64,000 bases of DNA. Source: Massalongia carnosa. Its lineage: Eukaryota. The stretch covers positions 682,001-746,000 of the forward strand of contig OZ287070.1 in the NCBI GenBank assembly GCA_965645245.1, written 5' to 3'. The notes under the pieces are model-generated. The model saw only the letters and a program-made list of their open reading frames with translations, was not told where the DNA came from and made no database searches. Every line of letters starts with the position of its first letter. Within the stretch, counting starts at the first letter, position 1. A program made the translations under genes and the position numbers. Positions 49,713 through 63,111 of the stretch are shown piece by piece.

Positions 49713-51396
49713 ATGGCGTCAGCTGTAAAAGATACAGTCAATGACCTTCTTGAGAAGCTTAGCAAATCCTCCAAAGAAGACGGCGTTCCAGTCACGGCAC
49801 CGTCTGATGAAGATCTAAAAAACCTGCGAGAGAAATACATAGAAGCAAGTCAAGAACAGGTATTTGCATTCTATGATGAGCTTACCACGCCGGAGAAAAG
49901 TAGCCTTTACGAGCGACTGTTTGCCATCAACCCAGAATACATCAATCAGATCACTCACAAGGCTTTATACCCTGCCCAGAGCTCAGATAATGGTGAAGAA
50001 GCAAAGCTTGAGCCCCTCCCTGAATCTGTGACAGCTTCAATTCTCGATTCAAAGGGAGAGGATATAGAATCATGGTACTCCACAGGCTTAGATCTTATAA
50101 TTAAAGGCCAAGTAGCTGTGGTATTGATGGCTGGAGGGCAAGGCACCCGCCTAGGTAGTTCTGCGCCTAAAGGATGCTACAATATTGGGTTGCCCAGCCA
50201 AAAATCTCTGTTTCAGATCCAAGCTGAGAGAATCTGGAAGGTTCAGCAATTGGCCGAGAAGAAGTCGGGTAAGAAAAACATTGTGGTTCCATGGTACATT
50301 ATGACGAGTGGACCCACGCGAGGTTCGACGGAGCGTTTTTTCAAGGAGAATGACTACTTTGGTCTGGGGAGAGATGATGTTGTCATTTTCGAACAAGGGA
50401 TCCTACCATGTATCTCGAATGAGGGCAGGATTCTACTGGAGGCCAAGTCGAAGGTGCATCTTTCCCCCTGTGATTAATGGCGCTAGGAACAGCTTACGTT
50501 CGGTCACAGGTTGCCGTTGCTCCGGACGGAAATGGAGGCATATACCAGGCTCTCGTAACATCTAACGTGCGTACGGATATGCGCAAGCGGGGAATTCAGC
50601 ATATCCATGCTTATTGTGTGGACAATTGCCTTGTTAAGGTCGCTGACCCTGTCTTCCTTGGTTTCGCTGCGTCTAAGGATGTAGACATTGCCACAAAGGT
50701 GGTTAGAAAGCGAAGCGCACAAGAGTCTGTAGGTTTAATTCTATTGAAGAATGGTAAACCGGATGTTGTCGAATACTCCGAAATTGATTCGGAGACAGCT
50801 GAGGCTAAAGATTCAAAACAACCCGATCTTCTCAAGTTTCGCGCAGCCAACATTGTGAATCATTACTACTCGTTTCGGTTTCTAGAAACTATCGAGGAGT
50901 GGGTGCATACCTTGCCTCATCACGTGGCTCGTAAGAAGATACCATTTGTGGATACAGAAAATGGAAAAATAGTCAAGCCGGAAAAGCCGAATGGAATCAA
51001 GCTTGAACAGTTCGTCTTTGATGTTTTCCCGAAGCTGGAGCTGAACAAATTTGCATGCATGGAGGTCAAACGAGAAGATGAGTTCTCGCCCTTGAAAAAT
51101 GCGAAAGGCACCGGGGAGGATGATCCCGACACTAGCAAGAAGGATATCTTAAATCAGGGGAAGACATGGGTTCAGAGATCTGGCGGGATAGTCGTGAGCG
51201 AGAGCGGGCCTAGCGATGCCGGTGTAGAGATCTCACCGCGAATCAGTTACGTAAGAGCACCTTTTACCTTCGGTCTCACATCACTTGAGGGTTCATGCTA
51301 ATATTAGCTTGTTGTAACATGCAGGGCGGCGAAGGCTTAGATTTCCTCAAGGGCAAGACCATCAAGGCTCCCGCCGTGATTGAAACGGAAAATTAA
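49713..51396 (+). CDS. QRI1: UDP-N-acetylglucosamine pyrophosphorylase, 3 exons
   Basis: [69 protein letters not shown]. Confidence 0.96.
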
Positions 51397-52300
51397 AGGC
51401 TAGCTTTGTGAATTTGCTGGCTGTTGATAGAAACAGGGTGGAGGTGATTGCTACGCGCATCTGAGCACCGCTTTCCCTCGAACTACCTACCTCGATGGTG
51501 TGATTATGTCTAGATCTCGGCACGGGAAACTGTTCTGAGAAGTGGCTGTGAGAGACTTGAGCCACTAAACCAGAAGGCCTCCGCTTGTCACACTACCTGC
51601 ATGCTATAAGTGTTCCATATTGACGAATTACATAATTACTCCTGTTCCGCATTTGTATTCCTAAGTAATTCCGCCGCTAAATTGGCCATTTGTTAGCTGC
51701 TTAAGCACCAAACCCTGTCGACAACGTCCTCATTATGTATTTGATTTTACCTTGCAAACGAAAGTTCGTTCAATGAATCTGAACTGATTGAATAAAAACA
51801 TACAATTAAAATTGAAAAACATTGAACGATCTTGCTGATGACAGACTGTACGTCCAATTGGAGTGTATCTATTAACACAAACATGGTTGTACGGAGGGGG
51901 GTGGTCACATGATGTGCTTGATTCAGAGAGAGTTGCCTTAACTCATTTAATATCACGATTCCTGTTAGCGCTGGCCTAATGGTAGGGTGTTTTCTCCCTC
52001 AAATAACTGCCTCGTCTTATACTATAACTTTATATTATTTATCGATCAATCTTGATGTTGGTTTACGAAGTCGAAGCTTCGTAAACAAAATGATTATCCT
52101 GATTTAGAATGAAATCTCTCAATCAACATCTTCTATGGTACGATTGCATGGATGCGAGGCAATCGTTGTATGTCGCTATCAAATTATCTCATACTTCGTA
52201 TGAATATAAAGAGCATGTGCGTGTTTTGTAACTGTTTTTTTGGGGGGGCCCTCGCACGCCACGGATCATCAATGTTTACCCAACCTTGTATGTACATACA

Positions 52301-52363
52301 CAGTACCGAGTACGCTGTACCGAGTACTCTGTATCAAGTATCGAGTACCAAGTACGGAGTACA
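52301..52363. repeat. Degenerate 7-bp tandem array (9 units, core GTAC/GTAT)
   Basis: cagtacc gagtacg ctgtacc gagtact ctgtatc aagtatc gagtacc aagtacg gagtaca. Confidence 0.75.
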
Positions 52364-52531
52364 ATCCGGCACCCTAAACGCCCTAAACGCCATTGATCAT
52401 GCTGTATGGGATGTACATACCTGCTTGTACTCTGTGCCTCTCCCTCCGCTGCCCCCACTTTACCCCACTCTGCCCCTACTCCCTTGTTCCAGTGTGTCCT
52501 GTGCTTCGCTCTTTCAATCTTCTTTTCTTGT

Positions 52532-54402
52532 ATGCCACCTCTTTTCTCCCTCGCTGCCACCATATTCCGGCGTGTTCCACACGAATCGTTGGGCCCCTCT
52601 TATTTCTGTACATCCAGATTCAGCATAACTGCCAAGGTCATGGCCAAGGAGTTCAAAGTCAAAGGATTGTCCAGAAATGAGCTGAAGAGTGGAGAGAAAC
52701 GGGAGCTAGAGGTTGACGGAATCGAGGGCGGAAAGGTACTCCTCGTGAAAGTGGGCGACAAAACCCATGCCCTGAGCCCGAACTGTACCCATTATGGCGC
52801 ACCATTGAAGAATGGTGTTCTGACCCCGGACGGGAAGTTGAGGTGTCCATGGCATGGCGGTTGGTTGGACACTGGTGTTCTAGACTGTGCGCACGCCTTG
52901 CTAAATGCGTGCTGCAGCTTGTTTCAACGTTTCTTCCGGGGATGTGGAAGATGCCCCAGCACTCGACCCTTTGGCAAAGTTCGAGGTGGTTGAAAAGGAA
53001 GGAGCCGTGTACATCAAAGGGGATGAGAGTTCGATTAAGGCCGGTAGAAGATCTCCGAACGTTCAGTGCTCCGCCCAAGGAAACGAAAAGATTGTGATAA
53101 TCGGCGGGCAAGTTTCGATAACCTCTCTAAGACTTGAGCTAGGCTAACAGTCATATGATCTACAGCGGCAGCGGAACCATTGGAGCAATTCAGGCATTAA
53201 GAGAGCAAGGCAACAAGTTTCCGGTTACCCTCATATCTCGCGAGCCGAGTCTTCCCTTTGATAGAACCAAGCTCTCCAAAGCCCTTATCGCCGATGCATC
53301 GAAACTCCAATGGCGTTCCCAAGAATGGTACGACTCAGTTGCGGTGAAGACAGTGCATGACGAGGCCTCTGACGTGGATTTTGGCCAAAAAACCGTCACC
53401 ACCAAATCTGGCGCATCCTACCCCTACACTAAACTTATCCTTGCCACGGGCGGCACCCCTAGAGCCCTACCGCTCCCTGGCTTTAAAGAACTCTCCAACG
53501 TCTTTCTGCTCCGGACGATCCCCGATGTGCAGGCAATCCTCTCCGCCATCGGCGACGAAAAGGGTAGGAATATCGTCATCATCGGCAGCTCATTCATCGG
53601 GCTCGAAGTTGCTAATGCCCTCTCATCCAATCACCACGTCTCCGTCGTTGGCATGGAAAGCACCCCTCTGGAACGCGTCATGGGCGCTGAGATTGGTAAG
53701 ATCGTCCAACGCATCCTCTCCAAATCCGGCGTGAAATTCTATCTCTCCGCCTCCGTCGACAGCGCCAAACCCTCCTCTTCATCACCCCAAAAGGTCGGCT
53801 CCGTCAGCTTAAAAGACGGCACCTCACTCCCCGCGGACCTCGTTGTCCTCGGCATCGGCGTCTCTCCCGCTACGGAGTTCCTTAAATCAAATCCGGCTGT
53901 CTCGCTCGAAAAGGATGGCTCCTTCCGGACTGACGAGTCCTTCCGTGTCAAAGACATGCCAGACGTCTTCGCGCTCGGCGACATCGCGACCTACCCTTAC
54001 CACGGCCCTGGCGGCAACGGAACCCCCGTCCGCATCGAACACTGGAACGTAGCGCAGAATTCAGGCCGCAGCGTCGCGCGCAGCATTGCTCATCCCGCGT
54101 TGGCGCCCGCGAAGCCCTTCATCCCCATATTCTGGTCCGCGCTTGGGTCGCAGCTGCGTTACTGCGGCAATACTCCTCACGGGTTCGACGACTTGGTGCT
54201 GCAAGGCGAACCGGACGAGGGTAAGTTCGCTGCATTTTACGGCAAGGAGGGCACGGTCGTCGCGGTCGCAAGCATGCAGATGGATCCGGTTATGAGTTAT
54301 AGCGTGGAGCTGATGCTGCGGGGGCGGATGCCAGCACTAAGCGAGCTGAGGGGGGGACTGGACGTGTTGACGGTGGAGTTGCCGGCTGAGGTGAAGATCT
54401 GA
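52532..54402 (+). CDS. AIF-like Rieske 2Fe-2S / FAD-NAD oxidoreductase, 3 exons
   Basis: Rieske motifs CTHYGAPL and CPWHG/ACF, FAD motif IIGGGSG, DRTKLSK, IIGSSFIGLE, RIEHWNVAQ. Two in-frame ATGs (52532, 52640). Confidence 0.92.
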
Positions 54403-54966
54403 AGTGCTTTTCCGGAAGTCGAAATGGCATGGCAGGAGCAGGAGGAAGGCAAATCGGGAGAGGGGATTGGCCTTGGCAAGCAGACCACCTGACATGTGAT
54501 TTCTGCCATATGAAATGAATGAGCTTTGAATATTTTGAGCGTCTATGATGAGATTGATGAAGTCGTATATGAAGAAGCTGTCTGCTATTTTACGAGAAAC
54601 CCCATCCAGCAAGCGAAAACATATTCCAAGTCTCGATGGGATTCACAGATTGGCAGATGGCCATGATTAGGCTATAATCGTGGGGATGAAGCAGCAAAAT
54701 AGGTCAACCTAACAAATGGAATAATCCAGCGACCTCCTGCTAGCTGCTTCGCTAGATATCTCAACCTATATCAGCTACAAGGATATTAGGCCGATACCGG
54801 TTTCTTTCGCATTTCTTTGCCTCCATAATAGCTTACCCTGCGGTCCTGCAACCTCCCGGCTTGTTCTAACAAAACGCCCGCTAAGACGCTAGAATCCTAT
54901 CCCAGACCCCACCTACCATACGCTCATTCCGTCCTCCCGACTTAACTCACAAGCCTGAAACCCAAC

Positions 54967-56753
54967 TCAAGACCTCCCGCTATCTGGGAACAACCTCTCA
55001 TCGCTGCCCAGCTCCCCGGAGGCCTTACCACCCACACCTGGCGACGGTGTATGCTGATGATAATCCCTTCTCGGCCCATCCACGGGCCCGAAATCATCCG
55101 CAATCGCGTCTTCGTAGCTGGGTGGGGCCTCTTCGGGGGACCCATGTGGAGGGACCCCAAATTGACCAGGATGCGGTGGCTGCTGCGGCGAAGCTTGAAA
55201 CGGGGGCGCAGGACCGGTCAAGGGGTTTTGAGAAAATGATTGAGGGCGAGGACTGCTTGGTTGGGGCTGCATCTGAGTTGGCCATCGGTCGGACATTCGA
55301 GCCAGGAGTTCAGGAGGAGGAGCTATTCCTGAGTATACTTTAACAGGCATGCGTAGCATTTGAACAGTGAGCTCAGGCTAGGCGTCGCCGTTAGCGAGCT
55401 AAATTTCAGGGCTCAGAAAATACCATACGTTTATATTATCTGAAGAACCATATGAAAGGCCAACCTTAATGTCCAGGGAATAATGTCTAGTGAGATTACA
55501 CGTTTGAAAGGAGGGGGCAACCGTGTTTGGAATTGGGATCTGATTCCATAATTTCGCATCAATCTCCGCCTCTCTCCAAAGACCAACCAACGGCATCCGC
55601 ATGTTGCTTGTGCTCAACATGACCCAACTCGTAGTATCTATCTTTTGAAACTGATGAGCTCGAATATTGGTGTGGCTTATGAGTTCGATATTCAGCAACT
55701 GGACATAAATAGTGGCCGGGGTATCATTGAGCTTGGTAACCAAGATTCGTAGGGGGAGCGGCTCATTGCAGGTAATTATTGCAGGATCCGGTAAGCGGCT
55801 GTCGAGTTGAATATTGGGAGGAACCACGGCAGGATTTGGAACTGGGGTTGATGCTTTACGAAATAGACCTAGTTTGGATGGTACATCGATCCGGGGGGCG
55901 AATTGATGCTGCCTTCTAGCATATGATTCTCGACGATTTTCTGGAGGTCGAGGGGGCTCGATTGGAAGAAAGCTGAAAGGAGTACGCTAAGATGGCGTCA
56001 GCTAAAGAGCAGGACCATCCTCTCAAAGGTGAAGGTGATCTATTGGAGGTCTGACTGAGCGTACATACAGCCCTGAAGTTCTCTTTATAGAATGCTGGTC
56101 GCTGTACCGTAACCTTGACGAAATATCGTATCTCCGCCTGCCCATAGATTCCATCTAACGAAGGCGGTAAAGTGGTCTTAAGGTGTTTATAGCTAGCCCC
56201 TGCTATAGCTCCTGTTATTTCGCCCAGCAGGCCCGCCACGTTTGAATTCGCATATAAGGCATTCTTGGCGCAGTCATTGTTGAACGGAATCTTCCCTTCC
56301 AGGTCAGCAGCTTTGGGGAGAGAGGAGACCGATGAACCCACTTTGAACTTAAAAGGATATTCATGGGGGCCAGCCGGTAAAGTATAGATTGCATTTTCCG
56401 GTGCAGTCTTCTGCAATTGCTCATTGGGGAAAACAGTTACGAACTTATATAAGAGCTGTGACGGGGTTAGGACCTTTTCAATGACTTCTAGAGGCTAGTT
56501 ACTCACTTACCTTATGGACCTCAGATTCCGCGTGATGTCTTCCCCGAGGGCCCATTGCTTGGAGGAGCTGCTCCTGTGGCGGGAGTTGAGTTACAGCAAC
56601 ACGGGTCTTACTCTCACCTTCCAGCTTAACCACAATAGCGGAGATCGTTTCATTGTTGACAATGCTCAAGATGACCCTTCCAGTGATGAAGTCCAGGTTG
56701 GTAAAGTGAGCATGAGGTCTATCGAGCTGGATTTGAACCGCCATAACTGACAT
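54967..56753 (-). CDS. Alpha-arrestin (arrestin N domain) adaptor protein
   Basis: FTNLDFITGRV...IVVKLEGESKT, LPAGPHEYPFKFK, AEIRYFVKVTVQRP, PSFQTCNLTRHY, and the PY motif APPSYEDA. Confidence 0.88.
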
Positions 56754-57372
56754 GAAAAGGCTGTAGCGAGTCTGAACTTCGGAATTATGTATCTCTGAAC
56801 CAGAGAATGCGAAGATGACGTCGATTCACAAGGAACCGCATACTATCTATTCGCCCGTGTTTGGTGGCTTTGGTGCAGCACGGATGAGAAAGAGCGGGTC
56901 GGTGCTGGATGCGTCATGTTGAGGGCTGGGGCTGAGGGCTGAGAAGGAAGACAAGGCGAGCGACAACTCAATCAACGCAGGAAAGCGTTTTCTGAAAATA
57001 GAAGGTGCAGGCAACCTCAAGCACCTCTCAATGATAAATGATAACTTTATGCATTGCTGCGGCAACATTCAAGGTAATCTTCAGCCTTGGAATGAACGGC
57101 CGCGTGTTAAGGGGTCATGAAGGACATTATCATTCCTCGTATGACAATAAAGTGTACCTATTAGTGTACCTATCTAACGCTGAATGCAAGGCATGATAGC
57201 GAAAAGGGCAGACGAAACATAACCTTAGGCTGCTGAAGCCTATCTTGCATATGTACTCGTACCGCACTACTCAGAGCCATTCATCAGAAAAGTTGCACCT
57301 TATGTAACACCCAGTTAGATACCAGCTCCTCTAGCTAGTCTAATTTCCTGCTATATCCACGGCACATCTGCA

Positions 57373-60300
57373 TCAACTGAATGCTCCATATGAAGTACTT
57401 CTAGTTCGTCTCGACATTCCGTATCCTGTCGCGGCGATCTCTGAGCAGCCCATACTAGCCCTCGTTTTCTTAACCCACCCTGGTCCCTCAGGTAGTTGAG
57501 TGCCATCGTCAACATAATCGCTATCGGCAACATCGGCTGGATCACTTGAGAGAGTCAGATCCACAACCTGCGATTGCAAAGGGGCTTGCGAAGCACGAGG
57601 TGTAGTCTGATCTTCTTCATCGTCCCATTTGAAGAGTATTTGTTTTTGAGAAAAGTTCTCTTTTCCATTAGGTTTCGCATTCTGACAGCGTAAGCTTAAG
57701 TTTCGCTCTTCCTTGGGTGTCATAATGTCATAGGAGGAATCTCCTACAAAGTTTGAGTCTTCATGGGCGAGCGACAATGGTTCGTTAGATGACATAATCT
57801 GAGAGAAAACATCTTCCACCATTGGGAATTCATCCAACTCCGCTCCGTCTGATGTATGAACCGGGTTAATGGGCGAGTTTTGGTGCAAGCCACCGTTGCT
57901 AGGGTGGACGATAGGGGCCATAGAGTGTTGCGGACACGTGAATGAGGGAAGTTCTTGTGACGAGACCTGGTGATCTACCTCTGGCGAATCTGATTTCAGC
58001 TGAGACTCATCCCAACTCAGGTCTTGGTCCTCGCTCCTTGCTTGAAAAACATGTTGTTCGGTAAACCGCGTTGTAGGAAGGCTTTCGGCAATCTCAAAGT
58101 CGTTTCCTGATTGGGGCGAAGATGCGTTGTCCTTCAGTAGCTTTTCGCGATTTAGTAAGCCTAGTCCTGTATCAACTCTTCTTCCAATAGGAGGGCTAGA
58201 ACTGAAATCATGAAAACTTGGTGTACTGGAATGAAGGGGCTTGTCATCATTACCATCGGTTTGACTTTTTCCGGTCGGAATTTCCTGAGGACATCTTTCC
58301 TTCTCGATATTAGAACCAATACTGGACCGCCAGCCCGCGTCCTTTATGAGCTCAAATATTGTCTTTCGGACCCCTTCATGCCCTACTTCTGTATTACTGT
58401 TATCGAGCGAACCCTCAAATAATTCTGTTTTCGTTATATTGGAAGGAATGGGTGACAAATCAGCGCTTTCTTTTGTGGCTATATCAGGTTCCGCAACAAA
58501 ACAGCCTTCCTGATCCCTAGCAAGGATTTTCTGAGTATTCTCTTCGTTAGGCTTATTGTTAGCAGCCTGTACCAACTTCGGCTCAATGAGCTCGGCAAAC
58601 GAAAGTTCAATAACTCCATTTAAGAACAGCTCCTCATCATTGTATCCTGGCATCTCAAATTTAGAGTATATCCTTTCCCCTGTTTGTTGATCGTAGACTT
58701 TCTCTATTTGCGGTTGATCACGCTGCGCAAGAGTCATCCTAATCATTTCATTGTCCATCAAACGGTCCACCAGCGCCGTCCGATACTCGGAGACCGTTGG
58801 TTGCCAGTTTGTCTCTTGCGACATGTCTAGCTGCTTGAAGGCAATAACCGCTCCTGGCGTAGATGCTTCTTTAGTTAGCGGCCGGAATGTAGACATATCC
58901 TGCGATAGCACGGGAAGATCTTGACCGTTCTCAGGTTCAGCCGACGCGATAGCAGATTCTTCTGTCTCTCGCAGAAGCTGATCACTGATCGCCGTCTCGT
59001 AATCATTACTTTCTCTGCGTAAAGCGAGCTGCTGCTGATGCGCAATGGGTGGTTTAGTATCATGTTCATCGTCGTAATTCTCAATACCAGACCCGGATAT
59101 ACTGTGTGCAGTAGTTTTGCCACCCATTGGCTTGTGCTTGGAGACTTGTTGGTAGAACTTCTCGCTCTTTCGTTTTCGCTTCTTATTCCTCCGAGCCTTC
59201 ATTCCGCTTTGTCCTGTATAGCCAATTTGCTGTTGCGGATCCCATCTCTGCACAAAAGGAAACGGCGGGGTGCTAAGTTCAACTCCATCGTAGGAGCATT
59301 CCACAGCTTTAAGAATGATATTATCTCGCCAACTTTCGTCATTGTCAGACTCAACAGCTATGTAAGGTTCTGCTGTCTTGTCCTTAGTTTGGAACTGTAA
59401 AACTTTTTGGGGTTTAGTATCGTTCATCAACTTCTGCCTCATGCTCCACTCATCTTCTTTGGTTTTCGGCGTTGATAGACCCAAAGAACCAAATACCATG
59501 CGTCTGGAACTATCAATGTCAAGTTTGGACCGGGGTTTCGACAGTGTTGCTATCCCGTCCACCCGCGTATTTTTTTCTATCGATGCCGCGCCGTTGGTAC
59601 ATTTCCTAGGAGTTTTTGGTTGAACTCCTTGCATTTCCTCGGGTTGTTCATCCGCCAAAGCGGTCTCGGGATCATCAGTCGTTACATTATAGATTTCGGA
59701 CTGCACGTCATTCGTAAGTACGCTCACCGAGGCTTGTTCCTGGTGCGAATCTCGAGGTGTATCTCCACTACCGGAAGTTACAAGCAGTAATAAAGCATCG
59801 CGCTTGCTCTCCAAATCCGTTGTCAAAGCAACCCGATTAGAGTGTGACTCTTCCCTTAGCTCCGGTGTGCGTTCAACTATCATCGTCTCTTCTCTTTGTA
59901 ATTGTTGGAGGTCCACCGCGGTAGCTGTCTGAGGGAGAATGCCCATGCTCTTTAGGTATTTTAGTCTTTTACTGTCTCGTCGCCGCTGGTTGCGCTGTCG
60001 AGTATGATTCTTACCTTGATACGGTGGTTGAGAGCCTTGAACAGGCTGTGTATCGGGTACTATCTTGATATTCGATACCTCCATGGTTGAGTCATCATGC
60101 TTTATGGAGACGAAAGGAATTGCTACTCCCTTTCCATTCGTCTCTTGACCAGGTTTCTTAGCCGGCGAATGAGCGTTGCTACTAACAGAAGAAAATTGAG
60201 AAGGTGTTTCTGAATTTCTGACTGGTTCATATAACGTGGGAGGAAGCTGTTCAAGCTCGAAGTTAGAGCTACTGCTGGTTGTGGATGAGCCGGACGAGGA

Positions 60301-61657
60301 GGTCTCATCACTATCACTATCCATTTGGGATGACAATGAAGAGCTAGAGCTTGTTCCATTCGAGGAACTCTAAAGAAGAACGTTCATCAGCTAACGTTCC
60401 TAATATTCTCAGTATTAATGGGATCTCTCGTCCACGGGTGAAGATGGATAAGCTCACAACACTTAGTTCAATATTCCCATGAGGCTGAGAGTTCTCCTTA
60501 TCAGAGTCCTCTAGCCCTAGCACGAAATCTCTAGTGGGCTCGAAATCATCATCTGAGCTATTTGTGTCCTCAAGTTCTCGTATTGTTGCTGGAGTCGTTG
60601 AGTCCGCATCTTCATGCCTAGCGTTTTTGTGGCTCGAACTGCTACTTCGCCTGTTCACACAATCCGGTTTTGATTTATAGATATTTTGGGCAGTATTCTC
60701 CTGGCCACAAAACTTTGGTGTACTCCTTGATCTCTTACGCTTTGATGAGAGTTGAGTTGGTATGGCTGGTTCGTCCTTTCTAAAGAGGTCTAGTAATGGA
60801 TTATTATATTCCGCTGGGTATGGTCTACCATTTTCGTCTACTAGCTTCAGCATGACTTCACCTTGTAGACCTAGGCCCCTTCTATTAGCTTGACGAGACC
60901 TAGTCAGCCTTCCTGGAGCCTCCTCCAATCCATCCAGGTCTATTGTCCTCTCAACGAAGACAGGCGATCCACCATTTTCCGTTTTATCGTTACATATATC
61001 CTCGAGTTCCGCAGATAATTTGATATCCCCTTCTTCATCTGGTAGGAATTCATCGTCATCCTCACTACCGCTTTCTGTTAAATTATTATCTATATCAGCA
61101 GGCCCTTCATGTATGACCATCTGACTGCCACCAAGGTATTCCTTATGATCGCTATCGTCATCCTCATATGTGACTCGTCGTCTTTTTCTTGGGGGGATTC
61201 TTATTGCGGGCCTATCATTCAGCCGCAGGAATGGACGACCAAAAGGCACCCCATCGATTAAATGACCCCCATTCGTGGAGATTTGGTGACGGCCAGAGAT
61301 TTTCCGAAAACGAAGATCAGAAGTTTGTAAAGGTCGAACACTGGTTCTTCATTAGAGATGTAATCCCCATGTGCAATTTCTGTAGTTGAGAGAATGATAC
61401 CAGACTTCATCATCTTCCCTAAGTATCTGGCCAAGCTCAGAAAAATGCAGGCATTCAAAGCCTCGTACTTCTACAGCATAGTCCTCCAACCCCCAATCCT
61501 CAGACTCCAACGGGATGATCTCGTTGATTTGTTCAAGAAGCTGGGAGACAGTGGCACTTGCACCAGCAGCAGCATATGGTGGGCGTACGACGCCTACGGT
61601 CCAAAGAACATGTACCGGCGGCAGAGTGTGCCTTTGGATAGTTAGTTGCAGTCTCAT
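57373..61657 (-). CDS. Large low-complexity nuclear protein, coilin-like candidate, 3 exons
   Basis: N-terminal MRLQLTIQRHTLPPVHVLW...DYAVEVRGFECLHF domain, a basic TRQRNQRRR motif, and a Tudor-like GAVIAFKQLDMSQETNWQPTVSEYRTA segment. Exons join in frame. Confidence 0.75.
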
Positions 61658-63111
61658 GTTGTTTGGAACGATAATTTGAGATATCAGCAGCATCAAAACG
61701 CAAGGTTTGGGAACCGTGGTGAAACTGAATGGTTCGTTAAAGCCCCGACTCGGCTAAGCTAGATATATCCATATCCGATTGGCCAATTTCGAAACTATCA
61801 GCTAACTTTTTACGTTATTTTTCGACATTTAACTTAACTACCAGAAAACCCGTCTTTCGAGCATCTTTTAAATCCTTCAAAACCGAGGCCTTTTGAAATT
61901 AGTACCTAGGTTACATGTGTTAGTATTTAGTTGACTACGGAGCTTGTTGGGTTCCGTTCCTTCATCAGCCAATGTTTCTAAACATCCCAAATTGCCATCC
62001 TTGCTGGCAGCAGGCCGGAGAGTCGTCTCGGGAGGCGTCAGGCCAGTTTTCACTTTTATATCGACTGTCCTAAGCTCTTCTTTCATTTTCACAGATTGTT
62101 CACTTCAACGGTACCCTCGGCGACAGGCAATATAGGTGGCAATTGCGGTAAAGGGGTTGATGTTGAGGCAGGTGCAGAGGGTGGTGCTAGGATGTTTGAT
62201 TCTGTGGATGGGCAAAAATTAGATTCTGATGGGAGATTTCCAAGGCCCTAGCTATAGTCCCCTCGATCACAGATAAAATAAATACTAGTCGTTCGTTCAT
62301 CCATGAAACCAGGCATGAAGCTGCTCGAGATATAGAGAAGAGTTTCAAGGAGTTTATTGCTGGGCAGCCGCTTGGTCCGCTAGCTATTTCCCCTCATATC
62401 TCCCTTCATACATACCTCGATCCATGACTACTTCGTTGCTTTTCTTATTGAATAGGTCACTAGGTAAATAACGAATAGTAGATATGTCTTAACTACAAAA
62501 AGGTCTAAATATCTCCATGAGCTTTGGCTATTTGATACGGACCCTCACAGAGTGTGGAGTCAACGAAGAAGGGTTTAGGGAACTTTAGAGCCAGCTCATA
62601 GCCAGCTCGATTAATGGGAACTTGACTCAGAAGCTTCCGAGTTGAGACACCTCATTGCCCAACGAGCGCGAGATTCGGATCGTGATGGAGATAGTGTTCC
62701 GTAAAAGATAAAGTTATGAGAGTGATGATATGTAGAGGTTTATGTATCGAGCTTTGGGGGCTTCGGCTAATTTGTACTTTCCCAAACTGGAAATACGGGC
62801 GGCGCCGAGCCAAGGAGCCCGTATCTAGGTTCTGAGCCCTGACATGAGGCTGTATGTCACGGTCTCTGCTCATCGTGAGGTTTGATTTGAAGGTTTGGTA
62901 CAATGATCTGTTGGTGCAATTTGGTGTTTGGATAGAAAAATGGGCATCACCACTGGTTACAGTTGTGATGGAAACAGATTAATGGCCATCCAACATTCTA
63001 TCACCGTTGTCACTAGTTAAGCAACGCACCGCCCCTGAGTTGACCGTGTTCCTTTCGTAATCCTGACTGCACAGTTGTCCGCTCCTATATTCCAATAATT
63101 CCCGCTCTTCC

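Noticed and set aside
61255..61275. Apparent frameshift in the coilin-like gene
   Set aside because: Recounting the C5 run shows the frame is continuous (NGGHLIDGVPFGRP) once the intron is removed.
61877..62903. Fragmentary minus-strand ORFs between the coilin-like gene and RPA43
   Set aside because: Frames are broken and there is no recognisable homology. A decayed gene cannot be excluded.
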